Counted from the first letter of the stretch, positions 12,835-24,613 are shown. The stretch is 62,769 nt of DNA from Chiloscyllium plagiosum (GCF_004010195.1 NC_057711.1:133071335-133134103); one strand, 5' to 3'. The notes: generated from the letters alone by a model not told the origin. Numbers and translations: made by a program.

Positions 12835-13414
12835 CATTACATAATTAAGACATTTGACACCAAAATTAGTCATGTGGTTGGATGAAGCAAATGGAAGCTA
12901 TAGACTCCTCAAGGTCAGAAATCAACTGCTCTGGTAGGCAGAAATGAGACAAATAGAATCCAGTCCAGGGAACTGTGAGGGCACACAGTTTGGAATAATA
13001 AAGAAGACAACAGAATGTGCCATATCTAGTAGGTTACTGAGAGGTATAGGGTGCATGACCACAAAGGCTGGTTGATGAAGTGGTTCAGAAGGCATTATTA
13101 GTACTTCACTTTATTAGCCAAGACATGGGATAGAAGCTTATAAAAATTATGCTCATCATCATGATGTGCTTTGTTTGAAGCCAGTTGGCTAATAGACTTT
13201 CCACAACTTTCTGTTCTGTGCCATTCTTTTCATTTACCAATAACTTGCTTCAATTTTCTAGCCAACCAACACTTCCTTTTTCTTATTATACTAGAAATTG
13301 TCCTTCCACAACATCTCTTACAATCCATTTCCTTTTAAAACACACCTCATTCTGTATCTCTGTCTTTTCTGAAATATACTGAATAAATTTCTTTATTCAT
13401 TCATTCTCCAAAGC

Positions 13415-13605
13415 ATGTATTGTGATGCACAGTGATGTTAGCAGTGGGCGTTCAATTCCAGCACCAGCTGAGGTTACCAGGAAGGACTCTTGTTTTTCAA
13501 CCCCATCACCTGAGATGTAGTCGACCCTCAGGTTAAATAATGTCCAGTTTTCTTTCTCTAATGAGAGAACAGTGGTATGGTCTAGCAAGACTGGTGACTT
13601 CGGGT
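13415..13605 (+). mobile_element. Short tRNA-derived SINE (ACCCTCAGGTTAAA family)
   Basis: B-box-like GTTCAATTCC and shared core with 18846-19040. Confidence 0.65.
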
Positions 13606-16269
13606 TACCTTTTCAATTAAGCTGCACATTATTGTGAATAGCTTCTATATGGTTAATAAGAAAACCCCATCTCCCATAGCAAAGAGGTAAGTTACCACTG
13701 AGCATAGATTTGAGGCAATTGTTCGAGGCATTACAGGCACGTTGAGAGTAGTAACAATCTGCAACTCATTGCCTGAAATGAAGCCAGAGTCAGAAATCCT
13801 CATTGTACTTAAAAAATCTTAAATATGCACTGTAGGTGCAGTCATCTACAAGGCTTTGGATAAGAACTGGAAAGCGGGATCAGCCTGGAAGTTCTTTTCT
13901 GACCAGGTCAGACAGGAAAAGATGACTGACCTTCTTTTGCACTGTAAATTTCTATGATTTGTTGATTCACCATTGAACTTTGAAGATTTCAGATCCATAT
14001 CCCGTCACTTCCAAAGCAGTGTGAATTTTGCATTTCAGGCGTCAATTTGATACATTTTCTTGTCTTAGGAAATTGAATTATCTCTCCAAAGGAAAAACAA
14101 CTAACAAAAACCTTTTATAAATTCCTTCCACATGTTGTTTACCTTTAGTCAGCACAATGCCTTGCACTGAGAGCAAGTCTATCTCTAAAAACACTTCAAA
14201 TGTATTCAATTCTGCTCTAGGTCTCCCTTTACATGTTTGATGAAAGATTGGTTATGCTGTAGTACATTCTATGACCATTATAGTCAATTGTTTCCTTCCC
14301 ATTGCTCTCCATATTTAAACATGGCTGAAATACAGTTGTCTACAAGGGAAGATGATCCAATGCTAAATCTAACTGGCTATGTGTTAATCACCATTCCATT
14401 TAATTCAGGTCATTACAATGTGTATTGGTGGCATTTCAAAAATGATTTTAACCACTGAAATCAGTCATTGAAAGAAAATTACACCATACAGCAAAATAGA
14501 GGCACTCTCTAACACACACATCAATGTACATATAAATCTCGTATCTTTAACATTGTAAAATGTCCCAGAGTGCAGAATGATCAAACAAAATTTGGTACCC
14601 AGCCACATTAGGCAATACCCGAACAACTGACTGTAAAGTTGACAAAAACATGCTGAGACTGGAGAGAATTTCAACAATTGAGCTTCAGGTTACTATAGAC
14701 GTAGTCCACAGTGGAGAAGTGATAAAAAAGGACACATGCAAAAGACCAGAACTAGAACCACACGGCAATTCTGGAAGGTTCTGGGCTAGCAAGGTCATCA
14801 GAAATATATACACTTGCTGAAAATCAGATGCACAATTTTGTGGTTATATCCTATTGCAGGTATCTGCGATTATATCCTTTGACTTACACTGTAGCGACAT
14901 TGTAACATACATTACACTATCGTGTTCCTCTCCAAGTGACTCAGTCAGTATTAATTTAAACTTTTGTTTCACTGAATCGAGAAAATAATATATTGTTTCT
15001 CGATAATAGGATTGGTTTTAAGATTTTAATCTCTCTAAAAGTTTCAAACAATGTCATTAATCTATTAGGGGCAGAACAATTTAAGATAATTATCTAACCT
15101 TCCAAATGAAATTATAGCCTTGAAACTGCACTTATCCAACTATACGACTTATGTGAGGGAGTTCATCAGAGATGGGGTTATTTTTTTTTTAAATTGGCAA
15201 TAGTTGTCAGTAAAAGCCAGTGGTCAGTATGTTTCATTTAGTTAGGTAAGAAGCTGTCCTCTTGACAGATTAATGCCTGTGTTGCAGTATTTCTTTATAT
15301 TGGGGAGTAAACATCATTTTTAAACAAAGGAGTAATGCTTTCTATAACTCGACAATGTGATAATTTCACTTGAATTCAAATTAATGTTTAGAAATTTTAT
15401 GAATATTGAATATGAGCTTTAGCTTTAATTCCTATTCTTTTTGTTAAAATTTGCCAATGCGTTTCATCTCCTTGCTTGCTAAAGTTTACATATTAAACTT
15501 GAGTTTGCAGTAGTGCTCATGCAATGGTGCTAATGCAGTAATTGAGGTCATGTTATTGTGAGCTTGACTCCCTGGTGTTCAAAAATCATGAAAATCTCAT
15601 CACTAGTCAACACTACCGCTCATTTGAATGACAAACTGACTTTCCACAACATTAGCATGTGGTGAGTTGACACTCACTTTAAGGCTTATTTTTACTTAAC
15701 TATCAGGAATGTATAAATTGACTAGTTCTAGAGTCCCTCACCAGTGGAATTAATTTATCTGTATCAACCCTGCCATTTCCTGTTAATACCTTGAAACCTT
15801 TGATTGAATCACTTCTTAATTCCAGAGAAAACAACATAATATGTATAATCTCTCGTCATAACTTAACCCCTGAAATCCAGGTATCATTTTCTTGTCCCCA
15901 TCTTTAATGGGCTCACCATTCTCTTTGCTAATCTTTTTCCTTTCATATATCAAAAGTTCTTAAATCAGTCTTTATGTTCCTAGCTAGCTTACATTTATAT
16001 TCTCCTTTCTGTTTCCTTATCTTTTAGTGGATCCTAAATTGATCCCGATCATCAGGCTTACTACAATATCTGGCATTCTTATAAGCCACTTCTGTTGCTT
16101 CCTTCCCTATCTCCTTTATCATTCTTGTCTATCCTCCTAAATGTAGCATATCCTTATATGGTAGTCCAATTGCTCCATTAACTCCAGTGTTGTGGCCAGT
16201 GAAATTTGGATAAGTGCCTACCTTAAATGACTCTAAACACTTGTTTGAGGAAAACAACACCAGAATGTG

Positions 16270-17290
16270 ACGAAGGCCATTGGTCAGAGCATTGAATATA
16301 GGAGTTGGGAGGTCATGTTGTGGCTGTACAGGACATTGGTGTGGCCACTTTTGGAATACTGCGTTCAATTCTGGTCTCTCTGCTGCAGGAAGGATTTAGT
16401 AAAATTTGAAAGGGTTTAGAAAAAACTTACAAGGATGTTGCCAGGGTTGGAGGGTTTGAGCTACAGGGAGAGGCTGATTTGGGTGGGGCGATTCTCCTCG
16501 GATCATCAGAGCCTGAAGGGTGACCGATATAGAGGTTTATAAAATCATGAAGGGCATGGATAGGGTGAATAGTCAAGGTCTTTTCCCTAGGGTAGCAGAA
16601 TCCAAAACTAGTGAATATAGGTTTAAGGTGAGAGGGAAAAGATTTAAAAGGGACCTAAGGGGCAATTTTTTCATGCAGCGGGTGGTGTGTGGACAAACAG
16701 AAAGCTGGACAAACAAAACAAGCCAGGCAGCAACGGGACATGGTGAAGTCAACATTTCAGGTATTAACCTTTCTTCAGGACTTCTCCACTTCTCGATGCT
16801 GCCTGGCTTGCTGTGTTCTTCCAGCCTCCTGCTTGTCTACTTTGGATTCCAGCATCTGCAGTGTTTTTTTGTCCCGATAGAGGAAGTGGTGGAGGCTGTT
16901 TCAATTGCAACACTTAAAAGGCACGTGGATGGGTAAATGAATTGGAAGGGCTTAAAGGGACGAGGAGAAAGTGAGGTCTGCAGATGCTGGAGATCAAAGT
17001 TGAAACTTTATTGCTGGAACAGCACAGCAGGTCAGGCAGCATCCAGGGAACAGGAGATTCGACGTTTCGGGCACAGGCCCTTCTAAGAAGGGCCTGTGCC
17101 CGAAACGTCGAATCTCCTGTTCCCTGGATGCTGCCTGACCTGCTGTGCTGTTCCAGCAATAAAGTTTCAACTTAAAGGGACATAGGCTAAGTGCTGGCAA
17201 ATGGGATTAGATTAATTTGGGATACCTGGTCAGCATGGATGAGTTGGACTGAAGGGTCTGCTTCCATGCTGTACAGCTCTATGACTCTAT
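16270..17290 (+). mobile_element. CR1/HER1 LINE 3' ~0.6 kb with two nested PLE fold-back insertions (16692-16872 and 16962-17170)
   Basis: IEVYKIMKGMDRV...RGNFFMQRVV motif and (CTATGACT)-type tail at ~17278-17290. Confidence 0.9.
16962..17170. mobile_element. Young PLE terminal-repeat insertion forming a perfect palindrome
   Basis: 88-bp perfect arms at 16997-17084 and 17086-17173. TSD CTTAAAGGGAC at 16951-16961 and 17171-17181; the arm overlaps the right TSD by 3 nt. Confidence 0.9.
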
Positions 17291-17789
17291 TGCATCAGAG
17301 TATGGCTGAATGGATTTGGTATAGGGAGGGAAGTTTGAAATGAATCTCATAGAGATCATGGATCTGGTGTGATCCCTCAGCACCTGTAAATGTTCTGTGA
17401 ACTTCCGTTAACCTGGACTCTCCCACTCAGCCGCAGTGACTCAGCCTTTCTTGGATATATCTACAGCCAACTGTGGCCATAGAGTTTACAGGACAGGCTC
17501 AGCTTATTGAATCTGCACAGGTCTTTAACAACCACCTAACTACCCTCATCCTATTTTCCAACACTTGGCCCAATGCCTTGTATACAAGTGCACATCTAAA
17601 TACTCCTTCAATGTTATGAGGGTTTCTGCCTCTCCCATCCTTTCAGGCAGTGAGTTGCAAATTCTCACCCCCCTCTGGTGTCCCAGCCCCTTGACAATTC
17701 TGCAGAGAAAAGCCAGTGACCTGCCTTGGAATGGCCATTTAGTGTCTACAGCTGTACTTCTGATGAAGCCCAGGATTCAAATGTGTGGG

Positions 17790-18300
17790 ACCATTTTAAC
17801 TAGGCAACTGCAGGAGTCCCTGGAGTCTATAACGTTGCAAATTCATTTTTGGAAAACAGTGAGGGTGATGGTTCCTCAGAGAAGCGCACCCAGAACAACA
17901 GCCCACGGCACCATGGGACACTGCACAGGGAAGCAGGAAGAAGATCACAAGAGCAAGAGTGACAGGGGATTCCTTCATCAGGGGATAAGACAGCTATTGT
18001 TGCTTCCCAAGTCATTGAAAAGCTGCAGGACGTCCTTCTGAGGGAGGGAATATTCCAGAAGGTATGGTCCACATTGCTATCATTGACATAAGTAGGAAGA
18101 GGGATGAGGTCCTGAAATCAGAGTTGAGGGAGTTAGAAATTTAAAAGCAGGATCTCGACAGCAGTAATCTCAAGATTGCTCCCAGTGCCATGCACACATG
18201 AACATGAGACCCGGAGGATAGATCTTTGGAATATTTGGCTGGAAAGCCAGTGTAAGAGGGAGGGAATTCTGAGGAATTGGGATTGGTTCTGAGGCAGGTG
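17790..18300 (+). mobile_element. Decayed CR1 ORF1 (esterase) fragment
   Basis: Colinear with the 4716-5180 ORF1 relic (GGGGATTCC..., TGTTGCTTCCCA, GTCCACATTG segments). Confidence 0.65.
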
Positions 18301-18845
18301 GGGTCTGTGCCAGCTGGTGGGACAGATTTGACAGATTGAAGGTATGTTTCTGTTCCTACCTGCAGATATAGAGTACAAACCAGTACAGAGCACAAATTGG
18401 CACCTCAGATTTGAGGCATGTTTATGAGTTCACCTGATTTTGACACAAAGTAGAAAGGACAGGGCAAGGAATTGCATTGGAATGGTTCAGAAAGGTACCC
18501 TTCAGACAAGCCAATCCTAATTACACGCTTGCTGTACCACACAAGGTCTGAGGAAGGCATTTTGTTGGAAGTAATGTCTTGTCTCACCAGCTGGTTACTG
18601 CCTGTACTAAGAAAAGAAGCCTGATAAAACAAAGTGATTTGTTGTGGAAAGGAAGCCTTATCTCCAGAATTCTGAATTAGCCACGTATAGAAGCGCAATC
18701 TGATCGTGCAAAATTATGATTTAAATAGTTGTTAAGATGGTGAGGCAGCTTATTGAAGCACATCCTGCTTTATCCAATATGAGATTTTCTTCCTCTCTCA
18801 ATTCCATGTTGACTAGTTGCTCCCCAGTTACAGCCTACCTTCTAT

Positions 18846-19040
18846 GGTGGGGGTCAGTTAGCTCAATTGGCTGGACATTTGTTTTGTGATGTAGGGTTCA
18901 GTTCCTGCACTGTCTGAGATTAATGAGAAGTTCTCTCCTCCTTGCCTGAGGCATGGTGACCCTCAGGTTAAAGCACCACCATTTGTCCATTCCTCAGGAG
19001 AAAGCGGTCCCATGGTCTGATAAGACTGTGGTCACTTTTA
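18846..19040 (+). mobile_element. Short tRNA-derived SINE (ACCCTCAGGTTAAA family)
   Basis: A box TAGCTCAATTGG and B box GGTTCAGTTCC. Confidence 0.75.
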
Positions 19041-19055
19041 TTTATTCTTCCATTG

Positions 19056-19411
19056 CAGCTCACACAGTCTACTCCTGTTCCCAGCTCACACGGTCTACTC
19101 CTGTTCCCAGCTCACACAGTCTACTCCTGGTCCCAGCTCACACGGTCTACTCCTGCTCCCAGCTCACATGGTCTACTCCTGCTCCCAGCTCACACGGTCA
19201 ACTCCTGTTCCCACCTCACACGGTCTACTCCTGCTCCCAGCTCACATGGTCTACTCTTGTTCCCAGCTCACATGGTCTACTCCGGCTCCCAGCTCACACG
19301 GTCTACTCCTGTTCCCACCTCACATGGTCTACTCCTGTTCCCACCTCACACGGTCTACTCCTGTTCCCAGCTCACATGGTCTACTCCTGCTCCCACCTCA
19401 CATGGTCTACT
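19056..19411. repeat. 26-bp minisatellite, about 13.7 copies, consensus CAGCTCACACGGTCTACTCCTGTTCC
   Basis: Read directly from the sequence; it explains the three overlapping repetitive ORFs at 18953-19494. Confidence 0.95.
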
Positions 19412-19575
19412 TGTGTCTTCACTGTCTTCCTAAAATAACATGGATTATGAATTCAAAGCTGAGGAATTCCTTCTTACAATCAAAGTACAATTAAACTTTG
19501 ACTTATACAATATAAAGAGAATGAATATTCCTGTTTCATCAAAATCTTTGCTTCGATCCTCCCATATGTACTCAC

Positions 19576-19686
19576 CTTTTTTCTTGCCTGCTGTTCTTTT
19601 GTGGAATGTGCCTTCACGTGCTTTCGGAGAGAGCTTGGGTCAGTGTACCGTTTAGTGCAACCTGGGATCTGACATGCATAAGGTTT
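19576..19686 (-). CDS. GLIS3: Next coding exon of the same gene (ZF5 plus basic tail): [37 protein letters not shown]
   Basis: 111 bp, 37 codons, phase 0-0, acceptor tctctctgttttAG and donor GTgagt. It joins in frame to the 23344 exon across a 3657-bp GT-AG intron. GCTKRY and QQARKK match my recollection of GLIS3 rather than GLIS1 (GCSKRY, QQVRKK). Confidence 0.88.
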
Positions 19687-20661
19687 CTAAAACAGAGAGA
19701 GGATACAGCACCAGCTTTAGTACAGCACAAACTCACTTGATATGAAGTTTCTAATCAAAAACTGGTTAGGAGCATTCTCCTGGACTGTCCACTAATCTGA
19801 CCTCACATTAATCACCTTCACCTGCAGTCAGGCATGCACAAACTCAAATATAAGTCGAAGGTCACAAGGAAACATCCATTTTCCAAATGCAAATAACGTA
19901 ACCTCATAGGGCTACATGCTAACTATTGAATAAAATCACATGCATCCCCTACCAGAAAAATGCACTGTAAAGATTTGAATAAATTCCATTCTCTTGTAGC
20001 GTTTGCCATCTTTGTGAATTTAATTTATTTTTCAGTGAAAACTTGCAGCCGACTTCATAGTTATTGTAATTAGATACTTACAATTATTTCAGTCTCTGAG
20101 ACTCTGCAGCATAGTCAGAAACGATTAGCAAGAGAAAGTATTTAGGTTTTCAGCTCAAGAAACAGCAGAAAGGTCCATGTAATAGTATCTGATCACTATG
20201 AGAGAAACTAAAATCTGCTAGGAAAGACAGAAAACAAAGATAGAAATAAGAAATTAGTTCTGACACACACTGAGGTTTTAGAAGGTTCGGCATTTTTTCC
20301 AAATGATTTACTTTAGCTCATTAGCCAGTACACCTGTCACCTGACATAGCAACAACTCAAATGGAGCCAATTCTCTTGGGGAAGCACTACTGACCAGTTA
20401 TTACTTAAAGGCAGATACTAACTTTATGAAATAGTACAACCACTGTTATTTAATTTATGGGGGAAGGTAGCTGGTCTAAGAATCTCAACACAGAAAGAGG
20501 TGGTTTTACCTATCTGCTTGTGCTAGTTACTTGCAAGCACTACATAACTCATCTCACTTCACTATCATCACAAATTCTTCATTTTAAAGTATAGCATCAA
20601 TTCTCTTTTGAAGGTCACTACTGAATCTATTTTTCTGCTCCAGACAGGGCCTTCCATAGCA

Positions 20662-20827
20662 GAGGAGAAAGTGAGGTCTGCAGATGCTGGAGATCGAAGT
20701 TGAAACTTTATTGCTGGAACAGCACAGCAGGTCAGGCAGCATCCAGGGAACAGGAGATTCGACGTTTCGGGCACAGGCCCTTCTTCAGGAACGTCGAATC
20801 TCCTGTTCCCTGGATGCTGCCTGACCT
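20662..20827. mobile_element. Young PLE terminal-repeat insertion with partial inverted arm
   Basis: TSD CCTTCCATAGCA(GA) at 20650 and 20828. The first ~123 bp differ from the 16962 copy by one substitution (by-eye comparison). Confidence 0.9.
20757..20792 (-). ncRNA. Minimal type I hammerhead ribozyme motif (PLE type, dimer-dependent)
   Basis: Minus strand reads GTTC-CTGAAGA-A-GGGC-CTGT-GCCC-GAAA-CGTC-GAAT: core CUGANGA/GAAA/GUC, stem II GGGC/GCCC, stem I GTTC/GAAT, loop-less palindromic stem III ACGT. Activity is not demonstrated. Confidence 0.75.
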
Positions 20828-20939
20828 CCTTCCATAGCAGAACAATGTTTGTATTTCAAAGAAAACTTTTGGTTTTTCTTACACTTTTCTCTGCATCTTC
20901 TACTCCCACCTGATTCCTTTGCCTCTAAGCTGTAGTAGG

Positions 20940-21283
20940 GAAATGACAGCCTGGTGATATTATTGCTGGACTGTTAACTCAGGGAGCTAGGTAATGTCCT
21001 GGGGACCTGGGTTCAAATCCTGTTATAGCAGATGAATTCAACACATATCTGGAATTAGGAGTCTGATGATGAATCCATTGCTGATTTTTAGAAAAAAAAA
21101 CATCTGGTACATTAATGTCCTTTAGGGAAGGAAACTGCCATCTTTACCTGATCTGACCTACATGTGACTGCAGACCCAGAGCAATGTGGTTGACTCTTAA
21201 CTGCCCTCTGGGAAATTAGGGGATGGGCAATAAATGTTGCCTATCCTGGAGTGCCCAATCCTGTGAATGAATAAAGAAAAAAA
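20940..21283 (+). mobile_element. tRNA-derived SINE, same family as 11348-11681
   Basis: B box GGTTCAAATCC; tail GGGATGGGCAATAAATG...TGAATGAAT. Confidence 0.85.
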
Positions 21284-23343
21284 ATCCTTTAGCTACCAAA
21301 TCCCCTGTCTGCGGAAACACTCTCTTCTCATCAACCCTATCAAGACCCTTCATATTTCTAAACACTTCTTTTCAATCTACCCTCAGGTTTTGCCATTCTA
21401 AGAAGATTCCCAAATCTCTGCAAACCTGAAATTCCTCATACGAGATTCATCCTGCTAAATCTTCTCTGTGCTCTTTCTAACACTTTGGCAAACTTCCTAA
21501 AGTTTGGGGTTCAGAAGGTGTCCAAATGACAGCAGTTCTAAATGATGACAGGAATGTTATTCTGTTGAGACAGACTAAAAATAAACTGTGCTTTGCTTGT
21601 TAGAACAATGCAGCTTGAGGGACAATTTAACAGAGCTGTTTAAAGCTACGAACGCATGGGTCAGAATCAATAATAGCACAATCATCTCCAGTAGTTAAGA
21701 GATCCATATTTAAGGGTCATTGATGCAAGATTAAATGTAAGAGATTTAGAATAGAGGGCAAAGGAGACAAAGGGAGTTGTGAGACTATGGAATTCACTTC
21801 CTTGCTTAATGGTTGAGACAGAAATTATGTTAATTTTCAAGATTGCATTGGGGAGGTGAAGCAAGAGGGAACAGGATAGTTAAATGTAATTAGAGCTAGT
21901 TAATCTTATGGAGGGCAATTCTGAAGTAAACAGGTTGAGCTGAATAGCTAAAGTTAGTTTTGTAAGATCTGCTTTTCTATCATTAATTCTGCTGCAATCC
22001 AGTAGCAACATAACTCCCTTATTTCTTTGTTGTTCTTTGGAGCTACCATACTTTGCTCATATATTTAATCTGTCAGTGATGCCGAAGGAAAACATCTCTA
22101 TAGTTTACACTGATCTGTACTGAACTTTACATCAGTCAATTTGGTGTGGAAACTGCTCAGGTATTTAAACCAGCCACAACTCTCAATACTCAGCCAAATG
22201 GACTAAGATTACTTCTCAGGTTCCTGAACCCATAATGATTAGTGGAACCAAAATAACTGAGCATTAATGAAAGAGGTGAGAACTTGTGCAGCCAAACCTC
22301 ATTAGTTTATGTTAAGAAATAAGGGAAGTGGATTAATTTCATAATAAGTAGGAAATTGGACTCTGACAATTCTGGCCCATCTTGAAACAGTTCAACCTCA
22401 AAGGCAGCTCAAATCCTCTGGCTTTTGCCCTGTTACACTCGAGATGATTGTTTAGAGATTACTGTTACTCACATAATTCCTGCAATTCCTCATGAAACTA
22501 TTTTAACGCAGCATTTCCACTCCATTCACGTGAGTGCTCATTACTTTGCTGAGACTTCATCTCGAGCCACTTTCCTGGCAGGTTTAACCACTGGTGGTTT
22601 GCCATTACCTTGTACCCTCAGGAGCAGGAAGATGCCATTTCTATATTTATCTCAGCCAGAAAAGGAAACCATTGGCACTACTCTAAAACACACTCTCATC
22701 ATCTAATGAACTGCATTAACCAGTCTCCTAAAACTTGCAGGAACACACTTATTTTAAAATACCAATGTATGTCAGTTATATCCTTAACCAAGTTCTTGGA
22801 ATCATATCTCTTTTCAAACAAGAGCTGAATGGAGTGAAGGCTAAAGTCTATTAATGCATTCATCTCATATGAAAAGCCAATATTTAAACAAGTTTAGATA
22901 TTTTAATTGAAAACATTTGAACTCACATAATGACAGATGAAAATAATTAACTGTTACCAATTATTTTGGGCATTTATATAATAGTAAATAGAGTTAAATA
23001 GTCAATGTGTTATGAATTATACATTCTTAAAATTATGTCCCAAGCAACATCTAATAAAATATTGAACAACAAGAAAGTTTATTTCCCTGATATAGAATAT
23101 GTTATTTCTTAGTTAATAAGTGAGAAGAGCCAGAATAAATGTAACATCTTTGCAAAATATTTCATGTGTCAGAATTGCAGTATTTTAAATATCAAATTAT
23201 GATTAGGAAGTGATTACAATTTAGTTGAGGCAAGACTGAAAATGGGATGAAAAAGTTAATAGATTAACATTTCTTTATGATAAAACTTGAAATTTTTTAT
23301 TTTTTAACAGTAGAGTGCTGCTTTCTGAATTAAAGACTCTTAC

Positions 23344-23505
23344 TGTGTCGAGATGTGTTCTCTGATGCTTGGCACGGTCACTTGAGTTGCTAAAAGCTTT
23401 TTGGCATCCCGGATGCTGACAAAGGTAAGGTTTCTCCCCTGTGTGACTTCGTAGGTGAATCTTGAGATTTTCCAGTCTTGAAAAAGCTTTATTGCAGCCT
23501 TCAAA
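23344..23505 (-). CDS. GLIS3: Internal coding exon of a GLIS-family zinc-finger transcription factor (most of ZF3 plus ZF4): [54 protein letters not shown]
   Basis: Hand translation of the minus strand: 162 bp, 54 codons, phase 0-0, acceptor cctatcctgtAG and donor GTaaga. The peptide is near-identical to GLIS1/GLIS3 ZF3-ZF4 as I recall them. This exon alone does not separate GLIS1 from GLIS3. Confidence 0.9.
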
Positions 23506-23864
23506 CTACAGGATAGGATTGAGAAACTATTGTTAGCAATCAGGAAATACCTCTGTTTTGCAAACTACAGACTTCCACTTCAGATGACGGGTCACATCCA
23601 ATCCATTATCTCCTTATCTTTTCATTCCCGAAAATGAACTACTTATTGTGCATTTCCAACATGTGGTATTTTATTTTCAATAACCAATACTTGTAGAATT
23701 TCTTTGAAAATTTTCGAGGTTCCAAGTTCCACAACAGTTGCATTTTTTCAATTCATACTTTTAAGGCGAGTGTCCAGTTGTTTTGTTAAAACCATCAAAA
23801 CATTGACAATACTTCTGAATATATTGGTAACATTGACTTAAAATTTGATTTTTTTCAATCTTCC

Positions 23865-24613
23865 TTAGAATCACTACAGTGTGGAGCAGACCACTCAGCC
23901 CAACAAGACCACACACATGTTGCCCAGGTTGGAGGGTTTGAGCTATAGAGAGAGGCTGAATAGGCTAGAGCTATTTTCCTTGGAGAGTTGGAGGCTGAGG
24001 GGTGTCCCTATAGAGGTTTATAAAATCACGAGGGACATGGATAGGGTAAACAAGCAAGGTCTTTTCCTTGGGGTGGGGGAGTCCAGAACTAGCGGCCATA
24101 GGTTTAGGTGAGAGGGGAAAGATTTAAAAGGGACTTAAAGGACAACGTTTTCACACAGAGGGTGGTGCATGTATGGAATGAGCTGCCAGAAGAAATGGTG
24201 GAGGCTGGTACAAGTACAGCATTTAAAAGGCATCCAGATGGGCAAATGTATAGGAAGGTTAGAGGGATAGAGCCAAGCGCTAGCAAATGGGACTGGATTA
24301 ATTTAGGATAACTGGTCAGCATGGACAAGTTGGACTAAATGGTCTGTTTCCATGCTGTACATTTCTATGACTCTATGGCTCTCCAAAGACCATCCCTGTA
24401 GCCCTCCATTTTCCATGGCTAATCTACCACATCTCTGGACACTAATGACAATCCACCTAACCTGCACATCTTTGGACTGTGGGAGAAAACCAGAGTACCT
24501 TGAGGAAATGGGGAGACTGTGCAAACTCTACACAGTCACCCAAGGCTGGGATTGAATTCGGGTCCCTGGTGCTCTGGGGCAGCAGCGTGAACCACTGAGC
24601 CACTGTGCTGCCC
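23865..24613. mobile_element. Minus-strand HE1 SINE split by a plus-strand CR1 3' end (~23916-24377)
   Basis: HE1 tail at ~23865-23914 and body at ~24378-24613. The CR1 portion encodes LEGLSYRERLNRL...FTQRVVHVWNELP. Confidence 0.85.

Larger units (their letters stand above)
19687..23343 (-). other. GLIS3: GT-AG intron between the two GLIS zinc-finger exons
   Basis: Bounded by GTAAGA (from 23343) and TTTTAG (to 19687) on the minus strand. Confidence 0.9.

Noticed and set aside
16914-17200. Identical peptides encoded on both strands
   Set aside because: A trivial consequence of the DNA palindrome.
18953-19494. Three overlapping ORFs of 108-161 aa; CRISPR-like periodicity
   Set aside because: These are translations of a stop-free 26-bp minisatellite. 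Units are contiguous with no unique spacers, the context is a vertebrate intron, and there are no cas genes.
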